64,000 nucleotides of DNA from Candidatus Micrarchaeota archaeon (GTDB lineage: Archaea; Micrarchaeota; Micrarchaeia; Norongarragalinales; Norongarragalinaceae): positions 1,461-65,460 of the forward strand of contig JBBIMI010000003.1 in NCBI GenBank assembly GCA_037444485.1, given 5' to 3'. A model generated the notes under the pieces. That model ran no database searches. It was not told the origin of the DNA and was given only the letters and a program-made list of their open reading frames with translations. This document shows positions 19,201 through 27,762 of this stretch, piece by piece; position 1 is the first letter of the stretch, and every line of letters begins with the position of its first letter. Both the position numbers and the translations under genes were made by a program.

Positions 19201-19774
19201 CTTGCAAGTAGCCTTCTCGTTCCGCGAGCAGCGAACGCGCTTCCCGCAATTTTTGTTCGACCGAATCCAGTTCAGCGAATGCTTCCTTCTTTTTTTCTTC
19301 GTACTCGGCAACGTTCGCGACGAAGTCGATGTAAGCGCGCCGGTCCTTCGCATTCATTTCCACGATTCGCTGCACATCACCTTGTTTTATCATGTTCTGC
19401 AGCGAAATGCGGTTTTGGGCGAGGAATTCCTCAATAACGTACTTCTTTACTCTCTTGCCGTCGAAAGCATACTTCGTCTTGCCGTCCTTCCGCACGAGCC
19501 GCTTTATTTCGTGTTCTGTCTTCTTTCCTGCTTCGCTTCCCTCCAGCACCACCGCGACTTCAGCGAAATTATGGTTTTTGAAGACTAAGTCACTCGTTTT
19601 CTTCACGCGCATGTTCTTCAGCGACGACTCGCCGAAAGCGAACAATAGAGAATCAATCAAATTGCTTTTCCCGCTGCCATTCGGGCCCACTATAGCGGCG
19701 AATCCGCCGTCGAACTGGACGTTCGCGGTAGGGAAAGACTTAAAGTTTTTCAGCGAAAGCTTTTTGACGCGCAT
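16286..19774 (-). CDS. smc: Chromosome segregation protein SMC
   Basis: Walker A GPNGSGKSN, hinge region, LSGGEKS signature, Walker B LDEADAALD. Confidence 0.97.
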   Translation of the reverse strand: MRVKKLSLKNFKSFPTANVQFDGGFAAIVGPNGSGKSNLIDSLLFAFGESSLKNMRVKKTSDLVFKNHNFAEVAVVLEGSEAGKKTEHEIKRLVRKDGKTKYAFDGKRVKKYVIEEFLAQNRISLQNMIKQGDVQRIVEMNAKDRRAYIDFVANVAEYEEKKKEAFAELDSVEQKLREARSLLAEREGYLQELKQDRENALKFLELDARVKRLKATLLFVDLKDLEKEFDDIVKTLLDGNSKSEALRKEIAAFEEKIALKQQEIDVINKEIVERSQGKETELQKEIDALNAMITLNLKLVEERKAAISKNEGRKRELALEKQRAADEVKGAATRLKELGQELSAVNKLLGEESAKLNALMKESERFSSGFHEARMVFEQANNEMLAVKEQLAALQAEVSKQEELKRLRENELQRLRTGEGIADFSEKKNALETRLKGEEAAVKELEEKINALFEEEKKANQRIAVLEDLIIASREKIAEKEALLRSAGEGSSKALEVVLQLQEKMRGIHGTLQQLCSYSAKNALPVSVALGSRLNYVVVDDVDTAGKAIEELKKTRAGRVTFIPLTKIQAPPKPDKALLKEKGAVAFIKDLLEYDERFEKAFAFACNNTILFDDLKNAEKLMGVARMVTQEGELVEQSGLVTGGFTQAKVNPFVEARELSEWREKLDQSKREKDEIVERLTRLRQEASELRRRKSEFEIKARTTQLELEHLAAEEEKVFKQHANLSAAVKELQKQIKECDLAVSQGNEKRSELVRKLSDLNIRALEAKQKIDLEKEQRLGFTVRELEKKVSDYKVSASNLENQLKSLEAQKTVFERQLQSILKQENEFNEEVEAAFRDLKRADSEIKAARSALEEKMREQKRLSSALKDLIECREDAQKEVMRLGNDKGKLQFALDKVTRESNEVEVRKAVIETRLSDLKAQYAAFEGVELIQGKNAGDKPQMLVELKNLEERIQALGQINMRAIEQFDKHAKELVEQKERVEQLGNEKQAVIAIITEIEGKKIKTFTQAFDAVNENFKRLFHQIFSGQGELALENPENPFEGGLTMRVQLEGKEAKYLELLSGGEKSLLALLFLFALQSVNPSSIYVLDEADAALDAENSRKLSELLKKLSRSTQFLVVTHNENVYKNAECLIGVAMSKEGSKLVEVKLGEAEPAEAIQVA

Positions 19775-19918
19775 TCTTTTCCAACGCCTTAAAAAAATTT
19801 GAATATCAAGTGGGTTTCCTGCGAATAATTCCGCAAGTAGTTTTTAAGTGGAAAGTATTTTAAGGTTTTGCGGTTGAAAAAAGGCGTTTTAAGAGAATAA
19901 AAAAGTGAAACGCGCGGT

Positions 19919-20284
19919 TTACAACAGTATTCTCGCCATGCAGAGTTTGTCGAAAACCTCGTCAGAACTTATCACTGCGTCGTTGCCGCAGAAAGCCGCA
20001 TGAAAAGCGTAGAAAACATTAATCTTGTAATGCTTGATGAAATGCGCTGCAAGCAAGACCACATTAACATCAACACCTCGAATTTCAGCTGTCTTCGAAA
20101 GGTTTACAACCAATTCTTCAACATCCATTTCAAAACGCTTCGCTAAAAGCATTAACTCCACGACGGTAGCGACCGAAGTCCACAAGCTGCCCTCGTATTT
20201 GCCGTAAATTTTTCCTGCTTTCGACTCTAGCCGATCCGAGTCTTTAAGCAACGCGAGAAAAAAATCGGTGTCTGCGTAAGGCAC
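19919..20284 (-). CDS. vapC: PIN-domain VapC toxin, probably inactive
   Basis: YADTDFF..ELM..VF(Y)AFHAA..ISSD; the third acidic residue is replaced by Tyr. Confidence 0.85.
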   Translation of the reverse strand: MPYADTDFFLALLKDSDRLESKAGKIYGKYEGSLWTSVATVVELMLLAKRFEMDVEELVVNLSKTAEIRGVDVNVVLLAAHFIKHYKINVFYAFHAAFCGNDAVISSDEVFDKLCMARILL

Positions 20285-20296
20285 GCTACCAGCCTC

Positions 20297-20546
20297 CTAG
20301 TCTCGCGCAACTTCCTTCAATGCTTCATCTCGAATCACTTTCTCAAGTTTTTCGAGCGAAAACTTGTACAAGCCACGCCTTTCGGCCCAGAGCCCGCATT
20401 TCTTTCACAGGGTCTTTGGGAACTGGAAACAGTATGATTTCTTTCAGCCCCTTCACGATTATGAACAAGTCGCCGTACTCCTTGACCGCGCTTTGAGAAA
20501 TGCACACTCTCGCCTTCTCATCAACCTTCGCGATACGCGTTTCCAT
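20297..20546 (-). pseudogene. AbrB/MazE-type antitoxin with a +1 frameshift near 20375
   Basis: KVDEKARVCI..IILFPVPKDP; removing one T restores GLYKFSLEKLEKVIRDEALKEVARD*, which ends at the vapC RBS. Confidence 0.8.
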
Positions 20547-20638
20547 CCGCCATTCCTCTCTGTGCTCTTTCAACAAACCCACCCAATCCCTTTTAGGTGG
20601 GAAGTTTTAAAATATTGTGGGAAAATATAACTGGGGAT

Positions 20639-20758
20639 TCACGCGAGTTCGAGGAAAACGCTTTCGCCTTGCTTCGACAAAGCGAGAGCAGTCGCACCCG
20701 TCTGCGTCAAAGCCGCATTCAAATCACTTAAAGACAACCTGCTTACTTCAACAACCAT
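20639..20758 (-). CDS. 39-aa microprotein MVVEVSRLSLSDLNAALTQTGATALALSKQGESVFLELA
   Basis: ATG preceded by GAGGTTGAGG; lies 15 nt after the upstream micro-ORF. Confidence 0.6.
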   Translation of the reverse strand: MVVEVSRLSLSDLNAALTQTGATALALSKQGESVFLELA

Positions 20759-20773
20759 TTTCCTCAACCTCAA

Positions 20774-20896
20774 TTAAAGATTAAAGTCGTAGTGCAAGCC
20801 GACGTCGCAATTCAAGCAAAACCCTTCCGCAGTAACGCACCCGCGCGTGAAAACGCGCCCGCAATCCCTGCAAACCATTTCTCCAACTACTATCAT
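20774..20896 (-). CDS. 40-aa zinc-finger microprotein (CRDC..CLNC)
   Basis: MIVVGEMVCRDCGRVFTRGCVTAEGFCLNCDVGLHYDFNL; two CxxC pairs; promoter upstream. Confidence 0.65.
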   Translation of the reverse strand: MIVVGEMVCRDCGRVFTRGCVTAEGFCLNCDVGLHYDFNL

Positions 20897-20924
20897 TCTT
20901 TTCGAATTTTTGGATTTTTGAAAC

Positions 20925-20997
20925 CCTTGGGCCGGCAGCGCGCGTTAGGCGCGCGCTGCTGAACTGGATTTCGCAAGACGGTTTATAAGCGGTTTTG
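20925..20997 (-). promoter_or_regulatory. BRE/TATA promoter and GC-rich 5'-UTR hairpin for the microprotein operon
   Basis: Minus strand AAAACCGCTTATAAAC (TATA 20982-20989), then GCAGCGCGCG-cctaa-CGCGCGCTGC about 25-30 nt downstream. Confidence 0.55.
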
Positions 20998-21096
20998 CAA
21001 CACCAGCCTGCCGGTGAAATTTTCTTTAGAGGGAGAAAACGCCGTTCACCGGCAGAATACGGGAAGCGCGGTTGGTTTGCGGTTTTTGCGTGAAAG

Positions 21097-21495
21097 TCAG
21101 AGTTCTTCCTTGACTGTGGTGAAGCAGGCGAGAGTGAGCGTTCTCGCGACTCCGGGCAGCGCGCGCAGCTTGTCGATTACGAGTTCCCCGATTTCCTGCA
21201 TCGAAGCGCCGCGCACTTTCAACAGCAAGTCCCACTCACCAGTTATTATGTGCGTTTCGAAAACCCCGGGCAGCAACGAGATTTTGCAGGCGAGCTCGCG
21301 CTGGGAAACAGGGCCTTGGGCGTAAGCGACGAGGATAAAGGCGGTGGACGGTCGCCCAAGCTTTCCGTAGTCAGGCGCTACGGTGAAAAGCTTGATCACA
21401 CCACCTTTCTTCAGCTTGCGAATTCTCTCGTGGACTGTAACGCGGGGAATCCGCGTTTTCTTTGCTATTTCGGTGGTGGTAGCACGAGCAAGCAA
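21097..21495 (-). pseudogene. Lrp/AsnC transcriptional regulator, 5'-truncated
   Basis: HTH TEIAKKTRIPRVTVHERIRKL and RAM domain ITGEWDLLLKV present; first helix (MDxxDxxIL) missing. Confidence 0.8.
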
Positions 21496-22039
21496 AGAAC
21501 ACGTTTTCAGCCTGATGGAAGACTTTCTGGCGGGAGCGGTAAAGTACGTGAAAAAGGAGTGCCGAGAAGAGCTGAGTGCATTTGGCCGCGAGCTACGCGA
21601 TGTGAAGACGCCTTTCGCTAAGTTTACGACTCACGAGCTGGAAGAAAAGTACGGAAGCTGCTGGGAAGACGCCGCGTCGAGAGAAGTTGAACAGCCGTTT
21701 TGGGCTTTGTGTCACAAGCGCGAGTTTTACGACAAGGAAGACCCGCACGCGCCAGGGCATTACTTGAACTACGACTTGATCTACCCTGAAGGCTTTGGAG
21801 AAGGGCTTTCAGGCGCGGAACGCGAACACGATTACAAAACGATAATCAACAAAATACAAAAAACCGGCTTGAATGAAGCTCACTACGAGCCTTACTTGAA
21901 AACGGCGGAAAAAGGACTTGTCGCTTCCGCCGGAGGCGGCTTCGGAGTCGAACGCTTGGTGCGATTCCTCGCGGGTGCAAAGCACGTCGGCGACGTGCAG
22001 CTGTTCAGGCGGGTTCCGGGAGAAAAAATCGCGGTGTAA
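21485..22039 (+). pseudogene. asnA: Archaeal asparagine synthetase A (AsnRS-like), 5'-truncated
   Basis: KREFYD, NYDLIYPEGFGEGLSGAERE, motif 3 GGGFGVERL..FRRVPG; motifs 1 and 2 absent. Confidence 0.8.
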
Positions 22040-22045
22040 AAAGCG

Positions 22046-23479
22046 CTAGAGAGACTGCAGGACGCGCTTGAGTTGTTGAACCGTTCCTTCGACGACGCGG
22101 GCGGAGAATTCTTTCTTGAAGCGCATTGCGCTCGCGCGCTCGTGCCCGCCGCCGCTTTCGATTGCGTGCGGCATTTCTTCCTGCAGGCGCAAAATAAAGT
22201 CGTTGGCTTTAAAGCCGAGCGCGTGCGCGCTTTCGCTCACGCGGAAGCTCGCTGAATCTTCGGTATACCCGAAAGTCACGAGAGGCTTTGCATAACGCGC
22301 TTCACCATCGTCGTGAAGCACGTTCACGCACTTGGCTTTCTGCGGAAAAACGCTTTTCTTCACGAAGCCCGAAAGCTTGATGACTTGAATCAGCGCCTTG
22401 CCCGCTTCGACGACGCGGGTCGCCTTGCGAGCGGCGTCGCGCATTTGCTTCAAACGCGCGGTTGCTTTCTTGAATGCGAACTCGCGTTTGTCCGCGTCGA
22501 AAAAGTCTTCATAAACTTTATTCAAATCGATTTTGCCCGAAGAAAAAAATTCGAGCGCGAGCGCCTCGTCAACGCCGCGCCCGCGCGGGGCGAAGCGCGA
22601 GTGGTCTGCGTGCATGGAAGCGAACGCGAGGAGTTCAAGCTGTTTTTCTTCCGAAGCCGGTGCGGCTCGGCGCGCGATTTCGCAGGAAAGCAGTCCAGAA
22701 TTGTAGTCCGAATTCCCAGCGTTAGCGCTTAACGCGAATGGGGAAACAAACAAGTCAACCGAATTTTTTAAATCTTTTGCAGGCGGGTGGTGGTCTACTA
22801 CGATTACGCGCATTGCACTGTGCGCCTGCGAAACGAGGGGAGCGCTTTCCTCGTTGCTCGCGTGGTCCGCAATTATGAGAAGCGGCTTTTTTTCGGGATA
22901 GCCTTGCGCCCATTCGAAGTCGGCAAGCAGGTCGCGTTCTTCATAAAAGTAGGAATCCGCGCTTGAACGAAAAAAATTTTTGTGGAAAGGAATGCCTTTC
23001 AGCGTTGCTAGCGAGAAAACCGCGCGGCGGAACGCCAACGCGGATGCTGTGCCATCCGCATCGTCGTGAAAGCGAATTGTAAGCGGCGTGAGCGTTAACA
23101 CGCTTTCAGCGATTTCGCGCGCTGCTCTCGCGAAGAGCGGTTCAAGTTTTCTGGAAACCGCGTCGTCGACGAAGGGTTTAACTTTGCGGGGCGTAGAGTT
23201 TTTCTCGAGCCACGCGCGCACGCTTTTCTCGACTTCTTTGCCAGCTGGTTGAATTGATTCAGCTTCTATAACGCGTTGCCCGCGTTCTTCAACAACACTT
23301 CCTTCAACTGCGATTGCCTTGCCGACCGCGTAATCCGTCTGCACCGCGAATTGCTTGACTAGAAAGTATTGAAAGTATTCGCCTTGTAGGGAAAGCAGTG
23401 AGTAAGACGGGTTTGAGCCAAGCGTTTTTGCGATTATGACGCCTTCAAGTTTCATGAAGTTCTTCATAAAGTGTTTCAC
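22046..23479 (-). CDS. RecJ-like DHH/DHHA1 phosphoesterase with N-terminal OB-like domain
   Basis: HDDADG, IADH, VVDHH, GGGHERAS. Confidence 0.88.
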   Translation of the reverse strand: MKHFMKNFMKLEGVIIAKTLGSNPSYSLLSLQGEYFQYFLVKQFAVQTDYAVGKAIAVEGSVVEERGQRVIEAESIQPAGKEVEKSVRAWLEKNSTPRKVKPFVDDAVSRKLEPLFARAAREIAESVLTLTPLTIRFHDDADGTASALAFRRAVFSLATLKGIPFHKNFFRSSADSYFYEERDLLADFEWAQGYPEKKPLLIIADHASNEESAPLVSQAHSAMRVIVVDHHPPAKDLKNSVDLFVSPFALSANAGNSDYNSGLLSCEIARRAAPASEEKQLELLAFASMHADHSRFAPRGRGVDEALALEFFSSGKIDLNKVYEDFFDADKREFAFKKATARLKQMRDAARKATRVVEAGKALIQVIKLSGFVKKSVFPQKAKCVNVLHDDGEARYAKPLVTFGYTEDSASFRVSESAHALGFKANDFILRLQEEMPHAIESGGGHERASAMRFKKEFSARVVEGTVQQLKRVLQSL

Positions 23480-23520
23480 GAAGTAATAGTTTGCGTAAAC
23501 CAGAATTTTAATTAAAGCGT

Positions 23521-23567
23521 TTCAACCCGTTTCAACCCATTTCAACCTGTTTCAACCCATTTCAACT
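23521..23567. repeat. 10-bp tandem repeat TTCAACC(C/T)(G/A)T, about 4.7 copies
   Basis: Directly visible between the divergent recJ-like and trm1 genes. Confidence 0.9.
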
Positions 23568-23609
23568 GCGCAGCGTTAACCTTATTTTAATCACTTTCAT
23601 AATTTCTTC

Positions 23610-24773
23610 ATGCCGCTTAAAACAATTCTTGCAAGCGAAGGCAAAGCACGCCTGCTGATTCCAGCGCTAGCGGCAAAAAATCCTTTCCACCAGTCCGCCT
23701 TCTTCAACCCGCGCATGAGTTTTAACCGCTCCCTATCCGCCCTCGCATTCGCAGCTGCTTTTCACTCCGGATACCGCGTCGGGGATGCAGTAGTTTGCGA
23801 CGGGTTATGCGGAGTTGGCGCAAGAGGAATACGTTACGCGCTCGAAGGCGAGGGCGTAAAAAAAATTTTTTTCGTGGATGCGAATCCAACCGCAATCCAA
23901 CTCGCGAAAAAAAACGTTGCATTGAATGGCTTGAAGAAAAAAAGCAAGGTTGTTAAACAAGACCTCAACGCTTTCTTCCTCCAACACCAAAACGAGTTCG
24001 ACTTCATTGAAGTAGACGCGTTCGGCTCGCCCACGCCTTTCCTCGAAAACTCTTTCCGCGGCCTCAAACACTCAGCGATTCTCTCCGTGACAGCAACCGA
24101 CCTCGCTACGAGCGGCGGAAGCAAACCACTGCCGGCAAGAAGACGTTACGACGCGCATCCCTTGCGCTGCGAGTACTCGCATGAAATCGCTGCGCGCATT
24201 CTAGTCGGACGAATAACGCGCACTGCCGCGAGTTTAGACTTCGGAGTAAAACCCCTAGCGACGTTCTACAAAGAACACTTCGTGAAAACGCTTGTTTTCT
24301 GCGAGAAAAGCGCAGAGAAAGCGAATGCGAGCCTTTCATCCCTCGGCTTCGTGAGCCACTGCTTCTCGTGCTTGAACCGCGTCACCGCAAAGAACGCGCA
24401 AGAAAAGTGCGGAGAGTGCGGCGCGTTGTTCCAGCACGCAGGCCCGTTATGGATTTCGCGCGCGAGCGACGCGGTTTTTTTAGACGCGTTGCTTTCGCTA
24501 GCACGCAAAGCAGATTACTTGAAGGAAAAAGAACGAGGCGAACTCGTAAAATTCGTGGAACTACTCGTTGAAGAAAACGACTCGCCGCCAACATTCTTCG
24601 ACTTGCACGCGTTAAGCAAGAAACTGCGCATAGAGTGCCCGAAGAAAAGCGAGGTTGTTCGCGCGCTCGCAGCGCGCGGTTTCCACGTCACTGAAACACA
24701 TTACGCGGGCACGGCAATCAAGACGAACGCGAGCGCGAGAACGCTAAGCGAAGTCCTACTTTCACTGGTTTGA
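23610..24773 (+). CDS. trm1: tRNA (guanine-26-N2)-dimethyltransferase
   Basis: FFNPRMSFNR, GARGIRY, DAFGSP, VTATD, Zn ribbon, GPLW, KTNA. Confidence 0.94.
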   Translation: MPLKTILASEGKARLLIPALAAKNPFHQSAFFNPRMSFNRSLSALAFAAAFHSGYRVGDAVVCDGLCGVGARGIRYALEGEGVKKIFFVDANPTAIQLAKKNVALNGLKKKSKVVKQDLNAFFLQHQNEFDFIEVDAFGSPTPFLENSFRGLKHSAILSVTATDLATSGGSKPLPARRRYDAHPLRCEYSHEIAARILVGRITRTAASLDFGVKPLATFYKEHFVKTLVFCEKSAEKANASLSSLGFVSHCFSCLNRVTAKNAQEKCGECGALFQHAGPLWISRASDAVFLDALLSLARKADYLKEKERGELVKFVELLVEENDSPPTFFDLHALSKKLRIECPKKSEVVRALAARGFHVTETHYAGTAIKTNASARTLSEVLLSLV

Positions 24774-25091
24774 ATGCGTTGCTTCAATGAAAAAGTTAAG
24801 GAAAAAGTTTGGATTGCTTGCTCGCGCATCCCGCGCGGACGCGTGACGACTTACGCGGAAATAGCGCGCGCAATCGGCGCGCCGCGCGCAGCGCGGGCGG
24901 TCGGCAACGCTTTGAACAAAAGTCCCGGAATGCCTCGCGTGCCCTGCCACCGTGTTGTTCCCTCAAACGGCAAGCTGGGCGGTTTTGCTTTAGGAAGCGC
25001 AAGAAAAAAGAAGTTGCTTGAACGCGAAGGCGTGCGCGTTTCACGCGGCAAAATAATTGATTTCCGGAAAAAGTTTTACCGCTTGCATTAA
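24774..25091 (+). CDS. ogt: O6-methylguanine-DNA methyltransferase (single domain)
   Basis: IPRGRVTTY, ARAVGNAL, active-site PCHRV. Confidence 0.92.
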   Translation: MRCFNEKVKEKVWIACSRIPRGRVTTYAEIARAIGAPRAARAVGNALNKSPGMPRVPCHRVVPSNGKLGGFALGSARKKKLLEREGVRVSRGKIIDFRKKFYRLH

Positions 25092-25507
25092 ACTAATTCG
25101 AAGTTCAGTTCCTTTCCGCGCGAGTCGAAAACGCGAGTGCTTTTCACTGAAAAAGGCGGGCACGAGATAAAGTGGTAACGCGCAGTGCGCGAAAAGAAAA
25201 GCAAGTCCGCGCGCGAAGGCAGTGCTGGCGGCACGGGATGGCTGTGAAAACTCGCTAGTTCCTTCAAGTTCGCTGGCAAGTGCCACTGCGAAAAACTCGA
25301 GTGAGTGGGTGCGTACTCGCTCAACGGCGGGATGATGACTTCATTCAGCGTAACTCCGCTCTCACTTTCTTCGCCGCGTAAAAGCGCGATAAACTCGTCG
25401 GGAAAAACGTTTTTCGCTCCCTCGAGAACGCTGAAAAAAGCGTTTTTCGTAATCTTTATTACTTTATTCAATCCAAACCACTTGAGTGAAACAATTAAGT
25501 AAAACAA
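25088..25507 (-). CDS. JAMM/MPN+ metalloprotease
   Basis: FPDEF and HSHP..PSRAD JAMM motif; exact start uncertain (within a repeat tract). Confidence 0.9.
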   Translation of the reverse strand: MFYLIVSLKWFGLNKVIKITKNAFFSVLEGAKNVFPDEFIALLRGEESESGVTLNEVIIPPLSEYAPTHSSFSQWHLPANLKELASFHSHPVPPALPSRADLLFFSRTARYHFISCPPFSVKSTRVFDSRGKELNFELV

Positions 25508-25576
25508 TTAAGTGAAATCAAGTAAATAAAAATTGAGTAAAACAATTAAGTGAAATAACGCGGGTTGAAGTATTAA

Positions 25577-26650
25577 GTGGATTTAGAGGAAAAAATAGAG
25601 CTCGCCAAACGCCCGCCGACCGAGGAAATAGTTGTCGAAAACGAGTTGCGCGAGTTATTCGAAACGAATTCAAAGCCGAAACACTACATTGGTTTTGAAG
25701 TAAGCGGCTTGCTGCACGTCGGAACCCTCATTCAAAGCGGTTTCAAGATTCGCGACTTACAGAAGGCAGGCGTTCAATGCACGATTTTTCTCGCTGACTG
25801 GCACAGCGTCATCAACAACAAGCTAGGCGGCGATTGGAACGCCATAAAACAAGCAGCGAAATACTATGCTGAAGCATTCAAGTTTTTTTGTCAAGGCGCG
25901 GAAATCGTTCTCGGAAGCAGCTTGTACGAAAAAACGCTTGACTACTGGGCTGACGTAGTGCGTTTTTCTAAAAACGTTACGCTCGCACGCGACGTGCGTT
26001 GCTTGACGATAATGGGGCGCAGTGAAAGCGACAAGCTCGACTTGGCGCAGTACTTTTACCCTCCAATGCAGGCTGTCGACATTCACGCGCTTGACGTCGA
26101 CATCGCGCACGCGGGAATGGATCAACGCAAGGTGCACATGCTCGCACGCGAAGTCTTTCCGAAACTAGGGTGGAAGCCGTTTGTCGCGCTCCACCACAGC
26201 CTCCTGCCAGGCTTGGCTGAACAGCCTAAAACGCAAGCGCCTGAAAAACGAGGGCAAGTAGTCGCGATGAAAATGAGTAAAAGCAAGCCTTGGACCGCAG
26301 TTTTTGTTCACGACTCGAAGAAAGAAATTGAGGACAAGCTCGCGAAAGCGTACTGCCCCCAGCGCATTACCGAAAACAATCCTGTTCTCGAGTTCGCGCG
26401 GCAACTGGTTTTCCACGAGTTCAAAGAACTACGCGTCGAGCGTCCAACAAAATTCGGCGGCGACGTTGATTACGCTTCCTTCGCGGAATTGCAGAAAGAT
26501 TTTGTTGAAGGTAAACTGCACCCGATGGACTTGAAGAAAGCAGTTGCAGGCTCGCTCGACAAGATAATCGCGCCGGTTCGCGCGCACTTCGAAAAACCGG
26601 AATTCAAGAAGCTGCTTGAAGTATACAAGAACGTTGAAATAACGCGTTAA
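25577..26650 (+). CDS. tyrS: Tyrosyl-tRNA synthetase
   Basis: YIGFEVSG..HVG, YPPMQAVD, GMDQRK, KMSKS, LHPMDLK. Confidence 0.96.
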   Translation: MDLEEKIELAKRPPTEEIVVENELRELFETNSKPKHYIGFEVSGLLHVGTLIQSGFKIRDLQKAGVQCTIFLADWHSVINNKLGGDWNAIKQAAKYYAEAFKFFCQGAEIVLGSSLYEKTLDYWADVVRFSKNVTLARDVRCLTIMGRSESDKLDLAQYFYPPMQAVDIHALDVDIAHAGMDQRKVHMLAREVFPKLGWKPFVALHHSLLPGLAEQPKTQAPEKRGQVVAMKMSKSKPWTAVFVHDSKKEIEDKLAKAYCPQRITENNPVLEFARQLVFHEFKELRVERPTKFGGDVDYASFAELQKDFVEGKLHPMDLKKAVAGSLDKIIAPVRAHFEKPEFKKLLEVYKNVEITR

Positions 26651-26829
26651 AAACGTTGAAGAATGCATTAAAAACTTTGAAATAACGCGTTAAAACACGT
26701 AATAAAAATAAACGCGTAAAGAAAGCTTGCCGTCAAACCCCAAAACATTTAATTCCCTCAAAAACGTTTAAATTCCCTCAAAAACGTTTAACCACCGAAA
26801 ACTATTTAGTTTAAACTATTTAATTTAGC

Positions 26830-27325
26830 ATGATTCATAGTTTACAGCGCGGTTTGCGGTGATCGCTTGCATTAACTCGTCACGCAACACTCGTCTTGTT
26901 TGCGGTTAAAGTGCTTCTACAGTACTTCGCTGGCTTTCAACTATTTTCAACTGCGTTGGAAAGCAAGTAACTGAAATAATTGAAACTCCCGCAAACATTT
27001 TCAAGAGACTTTACGCAATTGCTTACGCGTGCAGACAATTCTTTGCTAGCGCAAGCGAAGCAAAACAAGTTTATTCAAAACACGCCATCCGACACGGAAT
27101 AGGATGCGGAACAAAAGCGCAGAACGTGGGCGTAAACGAATCGGTGAAATAAAGTTGTTTAAGCAGACACTCGAAGTAGAGACAATGAAAGACTGAATTA
27201 AGGCTCTCGAGGAGGCGAGGACGTAGGAGGAAGCGAGGACCTACGAGAAGGCTAAAACCTACTCGGTTTAGGAGACGGTAGAGAGGGAAACGGCATGGAA
27301 GGCTTTGAAGATGGGGGAGGGAACA
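26830..27325 (+). pseudogene. Possible heavily decayed DDE (IS6-like) transposase fragment
   Basis: Broken frames SASTVLRWL.. (HTH-like) and KD*IKAL[fs]RGG resembling KDRIKxxRGG; weak, by-eye similarity. Confidence 0.3.
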
Positions 27326-27327
27326 AG

Positions 27328-27591
27328 TCACCCGGTTACGCACGTCGAGCCGTCAGCGCTGCACGTGGCGCCTGGAGGGCAAACGTCGTCAGGACAAGAA
27401 GAACAATTAAAGTAACCTGGCTCGAGGCACTTCGTCAAATTACTGATTTGCTGTGATTTGTTCGCGATTTCTTTTTCTTGTGGTGCGAAAATATTGCTTC
27501 GCAACAGCAAAATTATTAGGATTACTAAAAGAATTCCGGTGCTGATCAACACCAAGTACTCGAAAACCGCTTGACCTCTTCGCTCACGCAT
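27328..27591 (-). CDS. Type IV pilin-like protein with Cys-rich C-terminus
   Basis: Class III signal RRG|QAVFEY plus hydrophobic helix; six Cys in the tail. Confidence 0.85.
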   Translation of the reverse strand: MRERRGQAVFEYLVLISTGILLVILIILLLRSNIFAPQEKEIANKSQQISNLTKCLEPGYFNCSSCPDDVCPPGATCSADGSTCVTG

Positions 27592-27601
27592 CTCGCATTC
27601 C

Positions 27602-27742
27602 TCAACGCAGGATTTGTGTTTTAATAATGTAAGTAATCAAAGCAACGAATGCGACCATCGCTGCAATGAGAAGCAAGTACTCGACTGCCGTCTGCCCGCG
27701 TTTTGCTGTCTGCGCGTGTTCCCTTCCAAGTTTACTTTCCAT
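27602..27742 (-). CDS. Ultra-short type IV pilin (class III signal peptide)
   Basis: KRG|QTAVEYLLLIAAMVAFVALITYIIKTQILR; likely start ATG 27742. Confidence 0.8.
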   Translation of the reverse strand: MESKLGREHAQTAKRGQTAVEYLLLIAAMVAFVALITYIIKTQILR

Positions 27743-27762
27743 TCTATTTTTTTCGTTTTTTT

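Noticed and set aside
16530..19802. Numerous plus-strand ORFs opposite smc (and similar shadows opposite gatE, ftsY, ftsZ and the ATP synthase genes)
   Set aside because: Antisense shadows of well-supported genes, S/F/R-rich, with no motifs.
20932..20960. Third copy of the IS-derived mini-element
   Set aside because: Only the CAGCGCGCG hairpin is similar, which is expected in CGCG-rich DNA; the flanks do not match.
21383..21484. N-terminus of the 218-aa AsnA ORF
   Set aside because: It is the antisense of lrp, read through by chance across the deletion junction.
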